Shown here piece by piece: positions 23,344-32,439 of a DNA stretch of 39,811 nucleotides; position 1 is the first letter of the stretch, and each line of letters begins with the position of its first letter. Made by a program: the position numbers and the translations under genes. Origin of the DNA: a virus; IMG/VR virus record IMGVR_UViG_3300045988_064194, positions 1 to 39,811 of that record. The stretch is one strand, 5' to 3'. A model generated the notes under the pieces. That model was given only the letters and a program-made list of their open reading frames with translations, had not been told where the DNA came from and searched no databases.

Positions 23344-24741
23344 ATGGGCAAGCAATCGTACAAGCGAACAGCGCCGGGTGAGACGGTAAAGATCGACCTC
23401 GGCAAGCCGAACAGCGAACCGCAGCGGCAGTTCTTTGCCTCGACGGTGAAGTACACCTGCTACGGCGGCGCGCGAGGCGGCGGCAAGAGCTGGTGCACGC
23501 AGAGAAAGCCGGTCGGTGCCTGTCTGTATTATCCGGGATTGAAGATCCTGATCCTCAGACGACGGTACGAGGATCTGGAGAACAGCGTCATCGATCCGAT
23601 TGTCAAACTGGTCCCGGAGACTGTTGCCGTGTACAACGTGCAGAAGCACCTTCTGTCGTTCAAAAACGGCTCGACGATCAAATTCGGCAACATGGACGGC
23701 TTCGGATCCGCTGTCGCCGGTAAGTATCAGGGCCAGGAATACGACTGGATCTTCATCGAGGAAGCGACGCAGTTTACCGAGCAGGAGTTCCGCGGGATCG
23801 CGGCCTGCTGCCGAGGCGCCACGCCGTTTCCAAAGCGGATGTACCTGACGTGCAACCCGGGCGGCATCGGGCACCAGTGGGTCAAGCGCCTGTTTGTCAA
23901 GCGCGACTTCCTGCCGAACGAGAACCCGGACGATTATCTGTTCATTAAAGCGACAGTCGAAGACAACGTCGACCTGTTGGAAGGGTCCCCCGACTATGTC
24001 AATGCGCTGGACCTTCTGCCGGAGGATGTGCGCAGGGCGCACCGGTACGGCGACTGGGACGCGCTGTCCGGCGGCTTCTTCCCGGAGTTCCGGCGCGGGG
24101 TGCATACCTTCCCGGAAGACTTTCCGATTGACCCGCGCTGGGCGAAATACCGGGCGTTCGACTACGGCCTCGATATGTTTGCCTGCCTGTGGATCGCGGT
24201 TGACTTTTCCGGGCGCTGCTATGTGTACAGGCAGTACAACGAATCCAAGCTCATTGTCTCCGAGGCAGCGAGTGCGGCGATCTCGCTGACGCCTGCACGG
24301 GAGCGCATCGAATACACCATTGCCCCGCCGGATATGTGGTCGACGCAGAAGGACACCGGCAAGACGATGGCGCAGATCTTCAGCGAATGCGGGTTGCCGG
24401 TCTTGAAAGCGGCCAATAACCGAGTGCAGGGCTTCATGTCCGTCAAGGAAATGCTGAAGCTGCTGCCGGACGGGAAGCCGGGGCTGATGATCTGCGAGAG
24501 CTGTAAGAGCCTGATCGACGATATTCAGGCCATCCAGCACGACGAGAAGAACCCGAACGACTGCGCCAAGCAGCCGCACGAGCTGACACACGACGTCGAC
24601 GCCTTGCGCTACTTCTGCGTCATGCGGACACTCAAACCGGAGAAGCCAGTCGAGGTGGACGACTACGAGGAAGACCAGCTGGACGACTACGACGAATATA
24701 TGACCGGAGGCGCGCCGAGCGCTTCTTATATCGGCTATTAA
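23344..24741 (+). CDS. terL: Terminase large subunit
   Basis: Walker A CYGGARGGGKSW, Walker B-like DWIFIEEATQF, and a C-terminal nuclease region ...FDYGLDMFACLW...HELTHDVDALRY. Confidence 0.92.
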   Translation: MGKQSYKRTAPGETVKIDLGKPNSEPQRQFFASTVKYTCYGGARGGGKSWCTQRKPVGACLYYPGLKILILRRRYEDLENSVIDPIVKLVPETVAVYNVQKHLLSFKNGSTIKFGNMDGFGSAVAGKYQGQEYDWIFIEEATQFTEQEFRGIAACCRGATPFPKRMYLTCNPGGIGHQWVKRLFVKRDFLPNENPDDYLFIKATVEDNVDLLEGSPDYVNALDLLPEDVRRAHRYGDWDALSGGFFPEFRRGVHTFPEDFPIDPRWAKYRAFDYGLDMFACLWIAVDFSGRCYVYRQYNESKLIVSEAASAAISLTPARERIEYTIAPPDMWSTQKDTGKTMAQIFSECGLPVLKAANNRVQGFMSVKEMLKLLPDGKPGLMICESCKSLIDDIQAIQHDEKNPNDCAKQPHELTHDVDALRYFCVMRTLKPEKPVEVDDYEEDQLDDYDEYMTGGAPSASYIGY

Positions 24742-24777
24742 CCTATTTACCTACAAGAATACACGGGAGATATGTTT

Positions 24778-25200
24778 ATGAACACGACGACTGCTGCATG
24801 GGTGTTTGCCCGCGCGATCCATCTGATGGACGAGCAGAACGAGTCAACCGGCGAGACCTCCACCGCGGACACCGCCGAGTATAAACTCCGGACGCTGTCT
24901 ATCCTCAACATCCTGCGGCACGAGCTGTTCCCGTATTCCGACACCTACGAGGCGCAGGACGACGGCACGCGGGATATCTGCAGGGAGATCACGAACTTCA
25001 CGGACGTCATCGACCTGGACGACGTGCTCGCGCAGGGCATCATGCCCTACGGCCTCGCGGCACACCTGCTGCTGGGGGAAAACGACTCGATGGCGGCGTT
25101 CTTCAACGCCAAGTATTCCGAGCTGATCCAGACGCTGGCCGCGAAGAAGGCTTCAAAGTGGGAGGACATCACGCCCTACTACGGCGGACTGTGCTGCTGA
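24778..25200 (+). CDS. Hypothetical head-module protein (140 aa; possible head-tail adaptor)
   Basis: GGGAGA sits 7 nt before ATG 24778; ATG 24772 is too close to the RBS. Lies between terL and the scaffold gene. Confidence 0.5.
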   Translation: MNTTTAAWVFARAIHLMDEQNESTGETSTADTAEYKLRTLSILNILRHELFPYSDTYEAQDDGTRDICREITNFTDVIDLDDVLAQGIMPYGLAAHLLLGENDSMAAFFNAKYSELIQTLAAKKASKWEDITPYYGGLCC

Positions 25201-25214
25201 TTATGTAAACAAAC

Positions 25215-25250
25215 GGCCTACCATAGCCGTTGAATTGGCCTACCAGAGCC
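25215..25250 (+). repeat. Two 14-nt direct repeats GGCCTACCA(T/G)AGCC with a 22-nt period upstream of the scaffold gene
   Basis: Copies at 25215-25228 and 25237-25250, 13 of 14 identical. Confidence 0.4.
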
Positions 25251-25269
25251 AAATACAGGAGGACATTGC

Positions 25270-26145
25270 ATGAACGAGAACGAAACCGAAGTTGTTGTGG
25301 ATGACGACAACTACGACGTGGATCTGAGCGAATACGAAAATCTGACGGAAGACGACGGCGACGGCAACCAGACCGAGCCGACCGAGACGGAGGAGACTAC
25401 GCAGGAGCAGGAATCTACGCAGGGCGAGGACGAGCAGGCGCACGAGGACACGGCCGCTGACGAGCAGCCCGGCACCGAGGAACCGATGTTCGACCTCAAG
25501 TACAACAAGGAGACCAAGCAGTACACCCGGCAGCAGGTCACAGAGCTTGCCCAGAAGGGGCTGAACTATGACCACGTTACGGAGCAGCGCGATCGTCTGC
25601 AGCAGGAGAATGCAGACCTTGCCAAGTTCCGTGATGAAAATTCTGCCATTCTCGACACGCTGCGCGCGGCGGCGGAAGCATCCGGAAAGAGTGTTCCGGA
25701 GTATCTGACTTCCATCCGCACGAATCTTCTCGTCGCGCAGGGGATCAGCCCGGAGACGGCACGAGAGCGCATTTTGCGCGAGGACGCCGAGCAGCGGCTC
25801 CACTCGCAGCAGAAGGCCGAGGAAGCCGAGGCCAGCAGCAAGCGCGATGCCGAGCAGCGGCAGAAGGACGATATCGCCCGGTTCCAGAAGAAGTACAAGG
25901 ACGTCGACCCCAAGACCATCCCGCAGGAAGTGTGGGAGGCGGTCCGCGGCGGCGAGCTTCTGACGGATGCCTACGGAGACTATCAGCGCCGGGATCTGGA
26001 ACGACAGCTCAGGGAGGCCAACGAGAAGTTAGCAATCCGGGCCAAAAACGAAAGCAACAGACAAAAATCGCTGGGAAGCCTGCAGTCTACGAAGCAGGAG
26101 ACCGGCAAAGACCCGTTCCTGGAGGGCTTCCTTAGCGACGACTAA
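25270..26145 (+). CDS. Putative scaffolding protein (291 aa)
   Basis: Very acidic N-terminus and a long charged coiled coil. Immediately upstream of the capsid gene. Confidence 0.6.
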   Translation: MNENETEVVVDDDNYDVDLSEYENLTEDDGDGNQTEPTETEETTQEQESTQGEDEQAHEDTAADEQPGTEEPMFDLKYNKETKQYTRQQVTELAQKGLNYDHVTEQRDRLQQENADLAKFRDENSAILDTLRAAAEASGKSVPEYLTSIRTNLLVAQGISPETARERILREDAEQRLHSQQKAEEAEASSKRDAEQRQKDDIARFQKKYKDVDPKTIPQEVWEAVRGGELLTDAYGDYQRRDLERQLREANEKLAIRAKNESNRQKSLGSLQSTKQETGKDPFLEGFLSDD

Positions 26146-26160
26146 ATAGGAGGTCTACAT

Positions 26161-27228
26161 ATGGCAGGAGTTATCCATCTTGCAGACAAGTATTCCAGTC
26201 AGGTACTGGAGAGATTTTTTCAGGACAGCTATACGCAGGGCTCGTTCAGCAAGAAGTTTGACGGCGAATTTATCGGCGTAAAGTCTGTCCGATTCCACGA
26301 GGTCGGCACTGTGCCGCTCGTTGACTACAACCGCAGAGGCAACGGCAACCGGTACGGTGTTCCGAAGGATCTGACCGACGTGGAATACGAGCTCCCGATG
26401 GAGAGGGATCGTTCGTTCTCCTTTGTCATTGACAAGGGCGACATGAAGGAGCAGATGGGCATCAAGAAGTCTGGCGAATGCCTGCGCCGCGAGATGCGCG
26501 AGGTCGTGACCCCGGAAATCGACAATTACCGCATGGATAAGTGGGCGGAAAAGGCCGGCCTGCACGTTGCGCTGTCGGCGGAACCGTCCAAGACTACGAT
26601 TGTCGAGAACATGCTTGACGCGAATGTTGCGCTGGACGAGCACAACGTTCCTGCGGAGGGCCGCACGTTCTACATCAATCCAAAGTATTACAAGTTCATC
26701 AAGCTTGCGTCCGAGTGGAACAACATCGAGCCGCTGGCGGCGAAAGCACTCGGCAAGGGTATTGTCGGTGAATTTGACGGTGTCCCCGTCAAGAAGATCG
26801 CAAGAATGCCCGCCAACGTGTACTTCATGCTGGTGTTCAAGAACGCTGCGATTTCCCCTGTGAAACTGCATGAGTACAAAATGCACATCGACCCGCAGGG
26901 CTACAGCGGCGCGCTTGTGGAGGGCCGTTTCCTGTACGACGCATTCGTTATGCCGACGATGGCAAACGGCATCTATGTTGCCTGCGCGGCTGGCAAGGTC
27001 TGCACGAAGCCGACGATCGCGGTTGCCAGCCACACCGTCACGCTGACGGCTGGCACCGGCGAAACGATCAAGTACACGCTGGACGGCTCCGACCCGCGTT
27101 TCTCCAAGACTGCGATCGAGTATGATTCCTCGACCAAGCCGACTTCTGCGGCGGGCGATACGATCCGCGCAGCGGCTTTCAAGTCCGGCATGTTCTGGTC
27201 TGATATGGCCGAAGCGGTCGACGCGTAA
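26161..27228 (+). CDS. Major capsid protein (N4-gp56-family-like) with a C-terminal CHB_HEX_C-like decoration domain
   Basis: The N-terminal and central pattern resembles the N4-gp56 capsid family as I remember it. The tail TIKYTLDGSDPRFSKTAIEYDS...TIRAAAFKSGMFWS matches the chitobiase C-terminal-like fold motif. A strong terminator follows. Confidence 0.75.
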   Translation: MAGVIHLADKYSSQVLERFFQDSYTQGSFSKKFDGEFIGVKSVRFHEVGTVPLVDYNRRGNGNRYGVPKDLTDVEYELPMERDRSFSFVIDKGDMKEQMGIKKSGECLRREMREVVTPEIDNYRMDKWAEKAGLHVALSAEPSKTTIVENMLDANVALDEHNVPAEGRTFYINPKYYKFIKLASEWNNIEPLAAKALGKGIVGEFDGVPVKKIARMPANVYFMLVFKNAAISPVKLHEYKMHIDPQGYSGALVEGRFLYDAFVMPTMANGIYVACAAGKVCTKPTIAVASHTVTLTAGTGETIKYTLDGSDPRFSKTAIEYDSSTKPTSAAGDTIRAAAFKSGMFWSDMAEAVDA

Positions 27229-27235
27229 GCAAAAC

Positions 27236-27270
27236 ATAGGGCGTACAGCAATGTACGCCCTATTCCTTTT
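27236..27270 (+). terminator. Rho-independent terminator after the capsid gene
   Basis: 12-bp perfect stem ATAGGGCGTACA / TGTACGCCCTAT, loop GCAA, then TCCTTTT. Confidence 0.7.
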
Positions 27271-27285
27271 GAAGGAGCAAACACT

Positions 27286-29070
27286 ATGGCGACAATTTCC
27301 ACCAAAGATGACAGCAAGGTCTTTACCATCAAGAAGTTTCTCGGGCTGAACGAGTCCAACGACGGCGATACGCAGCTGAAATTGGGCGAGGCGTCGGTCC
27401 TCAAGAACTTCGAGATCACAAACGAATATCATCTGCGCGTCAGACCGGGTTATAACACCCTGCACGCCTTTACCGGCGCTGTCCGCGGCATGTGGCATGG
27501 CTACGTTGCCGGTGGCGAGGTGACGGTCTGTGCGGCTGACGGCGCAGTTTGGAATATGACGGAAGACGGAGCGGAGAACATCGGCGACATTCTGGACGCC
27601 CCGACAACGTTTTTCGGCTTCGGAGATAAACTCTATATCCTGAACGGCTCGGAGTATCTGGTATGGGACGGGATCGGATACGTCGACACCGTACACGGGT
27701 ATGTGCCGGTCGTCGTGACCGCTTCCGCGCCGGGCGGAGGCGGTACGACGCTGGAACCGGTCAATATGCTGACCGGCAAGCGCCGGGTACGGTTCTCCGC
27801 CGACGGCACGTCGACGGTCTATCAGCTGCCAGAAAAGGGCGTATCCAGCATCGACTTTGTATTCGTGGAGAAGACGGAGAAGACGACCGGCTTCACCATC
27901 GACAAGGAGGCCGGGACCGTTACATTTGACGAGGCCCCGGCACAGGGCAGCAACAACGTCGAAGTCTTCTATAACGTGGCGAACACGCTGCGTGCGAAGA
28001 TCGAGAAGATGCGATTCAGCGAATTTTTCAACGGCGCATCGGATACGCGCGTGTTTCTGTACGGCGACGGCAGCAACAAGGCGTACTACTGCGGCGTGAC
28101 AGAGACGGGCGAGGCCAGCGCCGAGTATTTCCCGGACCTGTATGAAGTGCAGATCGGCACGGCAAACACGCCCATCACTGCCATGTCCCGGCACTACTCG
28201 AAGCTGCTGGTCTTCAAGCCGGAAGCGGTCTATGCCACCAGCTATTCGGCTATCACGCTGGAAGACGGCAGCACGACGGCAGGCTTTTACACGGTGCCCA
28301 TTCACAGGGAGATCGGCAACGAAGCACCCGGACAGGTGCAGCTCGTCAACAACTACCCGCGCTCGATCTGCGCGGGCAATGTGTTCGAATGGCGGCTGGC
28401 GACGACGCTGTACGCCGACGAGCGCAACGCGAAAAACATCTCCGCCCGCGTGCAGCAGACCATGAACAGCGCGGACGTGTCGAAGATCTTCGCCTTCGAC
28501 AACAATATGACGCACGAATACTTCCTGTTTCTGAACGACGCGGAGGGGACCGTGCTGGTCAACAACTACGAGACGAACGTCTGGTACATGTTCACGGGCC
28601 TCCCGGCGACCTGCGCGTGCGCGGACGGGATGGCAATGTATCTTGGCTTCTCCGACGGGCGGCTGGTCGACTTCGACCATATGCACACGTCGGACGACGG
28701 CGTGGCGATCGAATCCCGGTACGAATCCGGGAACATGTCGTTCAACGCCGACTACAAGCGCAAGACCAGCTCCATCATCTGGGTCTCGATGAAGCCTGCG
28801 ACGAATGCGCGGATTTTGATCTCCGCCCGGTCGGACAAAAAGAGCGACTACGCGGAGAAGGAAGTGGCCTCGAGCCTGTCCGGCTTCGATCACGTGAATT
28901 TCATTCACTGGTCTTTCCTGACGAACCGCGCGCCGCAGATCGAGCGGATCAAGCTGAAGGTGAAGAAGTTCGTCTATTACAAGATCGTCATTACAAGCGG
29001 CTCGACCTTCGGCGACGTGACCGTGCTCGGCATCGACCAGAAGGTCCGCTACACCGGAAATGTGAAATAG
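27286..29070 (+). CDS. Large virion structural protein (594 aa; possible tail tube/knob or adaptor, beta-rich)
   Basis: GAAGGAG RBS. Lies between the capsid and portal genes. No catalytic motif recognised. Confidence 0.55.
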   Translation: MATISTKDDSKVFTIKKFLGLNESNDGDTQLKLGEASVLKNFEITNEYHLRVRPGYNTLHAFTGAVRGMWHGYVAGGEVTVCAADGAVWNMTEDGAENIGDILDAPTTFFGFGDKLYILNGSEYLVWDGIGYVDTVHGYVPVVVTASAPGGGGTTLEPVNMLTGKRRVRFSADGTSTVYQLPEKGVSSIDFVFVEKTEKTTGFTIDKEAGTVTFDEAPAQGSNNVEVFYNVANTLRAKIEKMRFSEFFNGASDTRVFLYGDGSNKAYYCGVTETGEASAEYFPDLYEVQIGTANTPITAMSRHYSKLLVFKPEAVYATSYSAITLEDGSTTAGFYTVPIHREIGNEAPGQVQLVNNYPRSICAGNVFEWRLATTLYADERNAKNISARVQQTMNSADVSKIFAFDNNMTHEYFLFLNDAEGTVLVNNYETNVWYMFTGLPATCACADGMAMYLGFSDGRLVDFDHMHTSDDGVAIESRYESGNMSFNADYKRKTSSIIWVSMKPATNARILISARSDKKSDYAEKEVASSLSGFDHVNFIHWSFLTNRAPQIERIKLKVKKFVYYKIVITSGSTFGDVTVLGIDQKVRYTGNVK

Positions 29071-29079
29071 GAGGGTGCT

Positions 29080-29343
29080 ATGGAAACGATTCTTGGACTG
29101 GTTTTGCAGCTGCTGATTTTGGGCTGCCAGATCGCGGTCTGTATTCTCGGCTATGTGCTCGTCACGCGCGGCACGGCCCCGCAGAAGGAGCGGGAGCCGG
29201 AAGCGACGCAGTCCGCGCTTGGGGCGACGGACTCGGCGCTGGCCGAGGAAGAACGCCGGATGCAGGAGCAGATGAAGCGCATGATGGACGGCATGAACAA
29301 TATTCTGGGCTATGACGGCCATCCGCAGGGTGACAGAGAATGA
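29080..29343 (+). CDS. Small membrane/structural-module protein (87 aa)
   Basis: GGAGGG RBS. N-terminal TM helix ILGLVLQLLILGCQIAVCILGYVLV. Confidence 0.5.
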   Translation: METILGLVLQLLILGCQIAVCILGYVLVTRGTAPQKEREPEATQSALGATDSALAEEERRMQEQMKRMMDGMNNILGYDGHPQGDRE

Positions 29344-31037
29344 AAGAGAAAATGACGCCGGAAAAGGCGTACCGCAGATATGACCGGGGCGTACAGGTCA
29401 ACACGCAGCTGAATTTGTACGACACGGTGCAGAAAAACGAAAACTTTTTTATCGGCAAGCAGTGGGAGGGCGTGGAGAGTAACGGCCTGCCGACGCCGGT
29501 CTTTAACTTCCTCAAGCGCGTCGCGCTGTTCCAGATTGCGACGATCTCGAGCGACAACCTCTCCATGCAGGCTTCGCCGCTCGGCTCGACCAGTATGTAT
29601 TCGCTCGGCGATCTTGAGAAGGTCGCCGACGTTATGAATAAGCAGTTTGCGGCTATTTTTGAGCGGAACAAGGTTGTGACGTTGACGCGCCAGTTCATGC
29701 GCAACGCGGCGGTCGACGGCGACGGTGCGACCTACACCTACTTTGACCCGGACATCGAGACCGGGCAGGAGGCGAAGGGCGACATCGTCACCGAGATCAT
29801 CGAGAACACGCGCGTGATCTTCGGCAACCCGAACGACCGGCGCGTGCAGACGCAGCCCTATATCATCATCCCCCGCCGCCTCATGGTGGACGAGGTAAAG
29901 CGCCTTGCCAAGCGCAACGGCGTCAAGAAAGACGATATCGACCGCATCCGCCCGGACACGGAAGACTACAACAACCAGATGGATACCCTGCAGGATAAAC
30001 TCTGCACGCTCATCGTCTATCTCTGGAAGGACGACGAGACCGGCACCATCCACAGCTTCCAGTGTACGAAGGACGTGGAGATCGAGAAGGAGAAGGACAC
30101 GGGCCTGAAGCTCTACCCGATCACGTGGATGCCGTGGGACTACGTGCAGGACTGCTACCACGGACAGGCGCTCATTGCCGAGCTGATCCCGAACCAGATC
30201 TTCGTCAATAAGCTGTTCGCCATGTCGATGCTCTCGCTCATGACCACGGCGTTCCCGAAGATCGTCTACGATAAGACGCGCGTGCCGCGCTGGGACAGCC
30301 GCGTCGGCGCGGCCATCGGCATCAACGGCGGCGACGTCAACAACGTGGCGAAAATTTTGGACCCGGCGACGATCTCCCCGCAGGTCTCGCAGTTCATCGA
30401 CTCCGCCATCAACTACACGCAGAACTTCATGGGCGCTTCTGACGCGGCCCTCGGCGATACCCGGCCGGACAACACGTCCGCCATCGTGGCCCTGCAGCGC
30501 GCGTCCAACGCGCCTTTGGAGCTGGTGAAGCTCAACATGTACGAATCCATCGAAGACCTCGGCCGCATCTACCTTGACCACATGCGCGTGTACTACGGCA
30601 CGCGGTATGTGCAGGTGAAGATGCTGACGAAGGACCAGCTCAATTCGCAGCCGCTCGGCATGACGCTGCCGGAGCAGGATTTCAATACGCCCTTCGATTT
30701 CGACATTCTCAACCGCATCCCGCTTTCTTTGAAGCTCGACGTCGGCGCGTCGGCCTACTGGTCGGAGATCACGACGGTGCAGACGCTCGACAACCTGCTC
30801 ATGCAGGGCAAGATCGAGCTGGTCGACTACCTCGAGCGTATCCCGGAGGGCTATGTCTCCAAGCGGCAGGAGCTGATCGACAAGCTGAAAGGCAATCAGG
30901 CCATGTCGCAGATGAATCAGGGCGCGACGAGCGGGAACCTCATGCCCGAGGTCCCGCAGGCCGGGCAGATCCCGGTCAACGGCGGCAGCGGCTACGGAGA
31001 GCTGCAAAGGGCGCTCAACGAAACGGGGGTGGCATAA
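29340..31037 (+). CDS. Portal protein (565 aa)
   Basis: NENFFIGKQWEGV...GLPTPVFNFLKRV near the N-terminus and ...GASDAALGDTRPDNTSAIVALQRAS... are portal-like. Size and context fit. Confidence 0.7.
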   Translation: MKEKMTPEKAYRRYDRGVQVNTQLNLYDTVQKNENFFIGKQWEGVESNGLPTPVFNFLKRVALFQIATISSDNLSMQASPLGSTSMYSLGDLEKVADVMNKQFAAIFERNKVVTLTRQFMRNAAVDGDGATYTYFDPDIETGQEAKGDIVTEIIENTRVIFGNPNDRRVQTQPYIIIPRRLMVDEVKRLAKRNGVKKDDIDRIRPDTEDYNNQMDTLQDKLCTLIVYLWKDDETGTIHSFQCTKDVEIEKEKDTGLKLYPITWMPWDYVQDCYHGQALIAELIPNQIFVNKLFAMSMLSLMTTAFPKIVYDKTRVPRWDSRVGAAIGINGGDVNNVAKILDPATISPQVSQFIDSAINYTQNFMGASDAALGDTRPDNTSAIVALQRASNAPLELVKLNMYESIEDLGRIYLDHMRVYYGTRYVQVKMLTKDQLNSQPLGMTLPEQDFNTPFDFDILNRIPLSLKLDVGASAYWSEITTVQTLDNLLMQGKIELVDYLERIPEGYVSKRQELIDKLKGNQAMSQMNQGATSGNLMPEVPQAGQIPVNGGSGYGELQRALNETGVA

Positions 31038-31769
31038 ATGAGCATTCCGAAACTCGACACCGATCTCAGCATCATCCAGAAGCTGGACGACTACCCAAAC
31101 GACATCGGCGGGCTATCCGCCGCGCAGCTGAAAGCGAAGTTCGACGAGGGCGTGCTTACTCTGCAGACGTATATCAATACCGTTCTCATCCCGGCACTGA
31201 TCGCTTCGAACGTTTCGTTTACGCCGACGGCAGCAGTCAATGCCGAGACCGTTCAGGCCGCGATTGAAAACGTGCAGGCGCAGCTTGCGGGCATTTCCGC
31301 CGGTACCATCCCGAACAATACCGTCGGCATGGAGAAGCTGACCAAGACCGTGCAGAAAGCCATCGCCTCCGGCGGCGGCGCGGCTGAGGCGGTCTCGGCG
31401 CTTTCCAAGACCGTCGCGCAGAACGTGGCGGCGACGAACGAAAACACCACGGCCATTGCCGCCATCAACACCGCGAACGTGAACCGCGACGCAGAGATCG
31501 CCAAGATCGGCAATAAGGCGGAAAAATCGCAGGGCGCGACGTTTGTTCTGACCGCGGCGGGCTGGACGGAGAACAAGCAGACCGTGGCCATCAACATCGG
31601 CAGCGGGCGCAACGACGCCGTCGGCCTCGACACGTCGGCGACGCTGGCGCAGTGGCAGGAGGCTGCGAAGTGCGGCGTCAAGGTCTACAGCGCGAACGAG
31701 GAGGGCATCACCTTCTCCTGCGAGACCGTGCCGACGCTCGACCTGCCGTGCGCGTATATCTTGATGTAA
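31038..31769 (+). CDS. Fibre-like virion protein (243 aa)
   Basis: N-terminus LDTDLSIIQKLDDYPNDIGGLSAAQLKAKFDEGVLTLQTYINTVL is typical of Firmicute phage fibre N-termini. Ala-rich coiled stalk and a beta-rich C-terminus. Confidence 0.6.
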   Translation: MSIPKLDTDLSIIQKLDDYPNDIGGLSAAQLKAKFDEGVLTLQTYINTVLIPALIASNVSFTPTAAVNAETVQAAIENVQAQLAGISAGTIPNNTVGMEKLTKTVQKAIASGGGAAEAVSALSKTVAQNVAATNENTTAIAAINTANVNRDAEIAKIGNKAEKSQGATFVLTAAGWTENKQTVAINIGSGRNDAVGLDTSATLAQWQEAAKCGVKVYSANEEGITFSCETVPTLDLPCAYILM

Positions 31770-31781
31770 GGAGGGCGAACC

Positions 31782-31967
31782 ATGCTCGATTTATTCCCCA
31801 AGCTGATCAGCCCGGACGAGACGGCCATCAACACCAAGCTTGGCCGCACCACCGCCGTCACCGAGGACGACACGAACTACACCTCGTACATGGCGCGCGG
31901 CCAATCTCTGAATTCTGCTGAGACGACGCCCACGAAGAACGGCCAGATCGCCTGGCAGTACGAATAA
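31782..31967 (+). CDS. 61-aa protein homologous to the C-terminal about 50 aa of the collagen-like fibre
   Basis: GGAGGG RBS 6 nt before the ATG. ...[53 protein letters not shown] aligns with the fibre end ...[51 protein letters not shown]. Confidence 0.5.
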   Translation: MLDLFPKLISPDETAINTKLGRTTAVTEDDTNYTSYMARGQSLNSAETTPTKNGQIAWQYE

Positions 31968-31980
31968 GGAGGGACGGCAC

Positions 31981-32439
31981 ATGGCACATATGGCACGAGC
32001 GGCGGGGACGGATTACGCCGTCGCAGGCGGCAAGACTCTCATCGACGGCACAGCGTACAGCGTCGTCGCTACGCGAGAGGTGGAGAAGACCATTGTCATT
32101 ACTGGCAAACTGCCGTCCACTGTGAGTGGCAGCTTCACGGTTAATGATGCACGCTTAGATTACGACAAATATGAAGTCGTGCAAGCGCTGTACGTAACTG
32201 CCGGATATTACAATATGACTGGGGTGACAGTCTTAATTGTGTATGAGAAAGATTATCAGAAAATGAATGGAATAGTTTCTGGCGGAAAATACAGCGGCAT
32301 CTCATCTAAAGATAGCCCAAGTGTAACATCAATGTTTAATTTTTCACAAAACGGAAAAGCGGTGCTCCCAGCGTTCCCATCTGCAAATTTACTTGTTGAG
32401 GGTAGCATATACACCATCGTCTTGGAGGCCAAAACATGA
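31981..32439 (+). CDS. Tandem paralogue 1 (152 aa) of a virion-module family
   Basis: GGAGG RBS. N-terminus MAHMARAAGTDYAVAGGKTLIDGTAYSVVATREV is shared with paralogue 3. AT-rich C-terminal part. Confidence 0.6.
   Translation: MAHMARAAGTDYAVAGGKTLIDGTAYSVVATREVEKTIVITGKLPSTVSGSFTVNDARLDYDKYEVVQALYVTAGYYNMTGVTVLIVYEKDYQKMNGIVSGGKYSGISSKDSPSVTSMFNFSQNGKAVLPAFPSANLLVEGSIYTIVLEAKT

Noticed and set aside
26155-29322. A 1055-aa ORF on the minus strand covering the capsid, 594-aa and 87-aa genes. Similar giants lie at 29310..31007 (-, 565 aa), 34034..36757 (-, 907 aa), 2546..3637 (-) and 23278..24591 (-).
   Set aside because: For the three I checked (26155..29322, 29310..31007, 34034..36757) the antisense frame is codon-aligned with the plus-strand genes, which are all in one frame over each stretch. 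It stays open simply because those genes avoid TTA, CTA and TCA codons. The other two show the same character. The translations are Arg/His/Val/Leu-rich low-complexity with no RBS, while the plus-strand products have recognisable folds (capsid, portal, TerL, collagen repeats).
31767-31781. Possible stop-codon read-through or recoding. Gene pairs 31038..31769/31782..31967 and 34139..35476/35492.. are each in the same frame, separated by one TAA and 4-5 codons.
   Set aside because: TAA, TAG and TGA are all used as ordinary terminators across the genome. Both downstream genes have their own well-spaced GGAGG RBS and ATG. Same-frame adjacency has a 1-in-3 chance each. I kept it only as a note inside the related findings.
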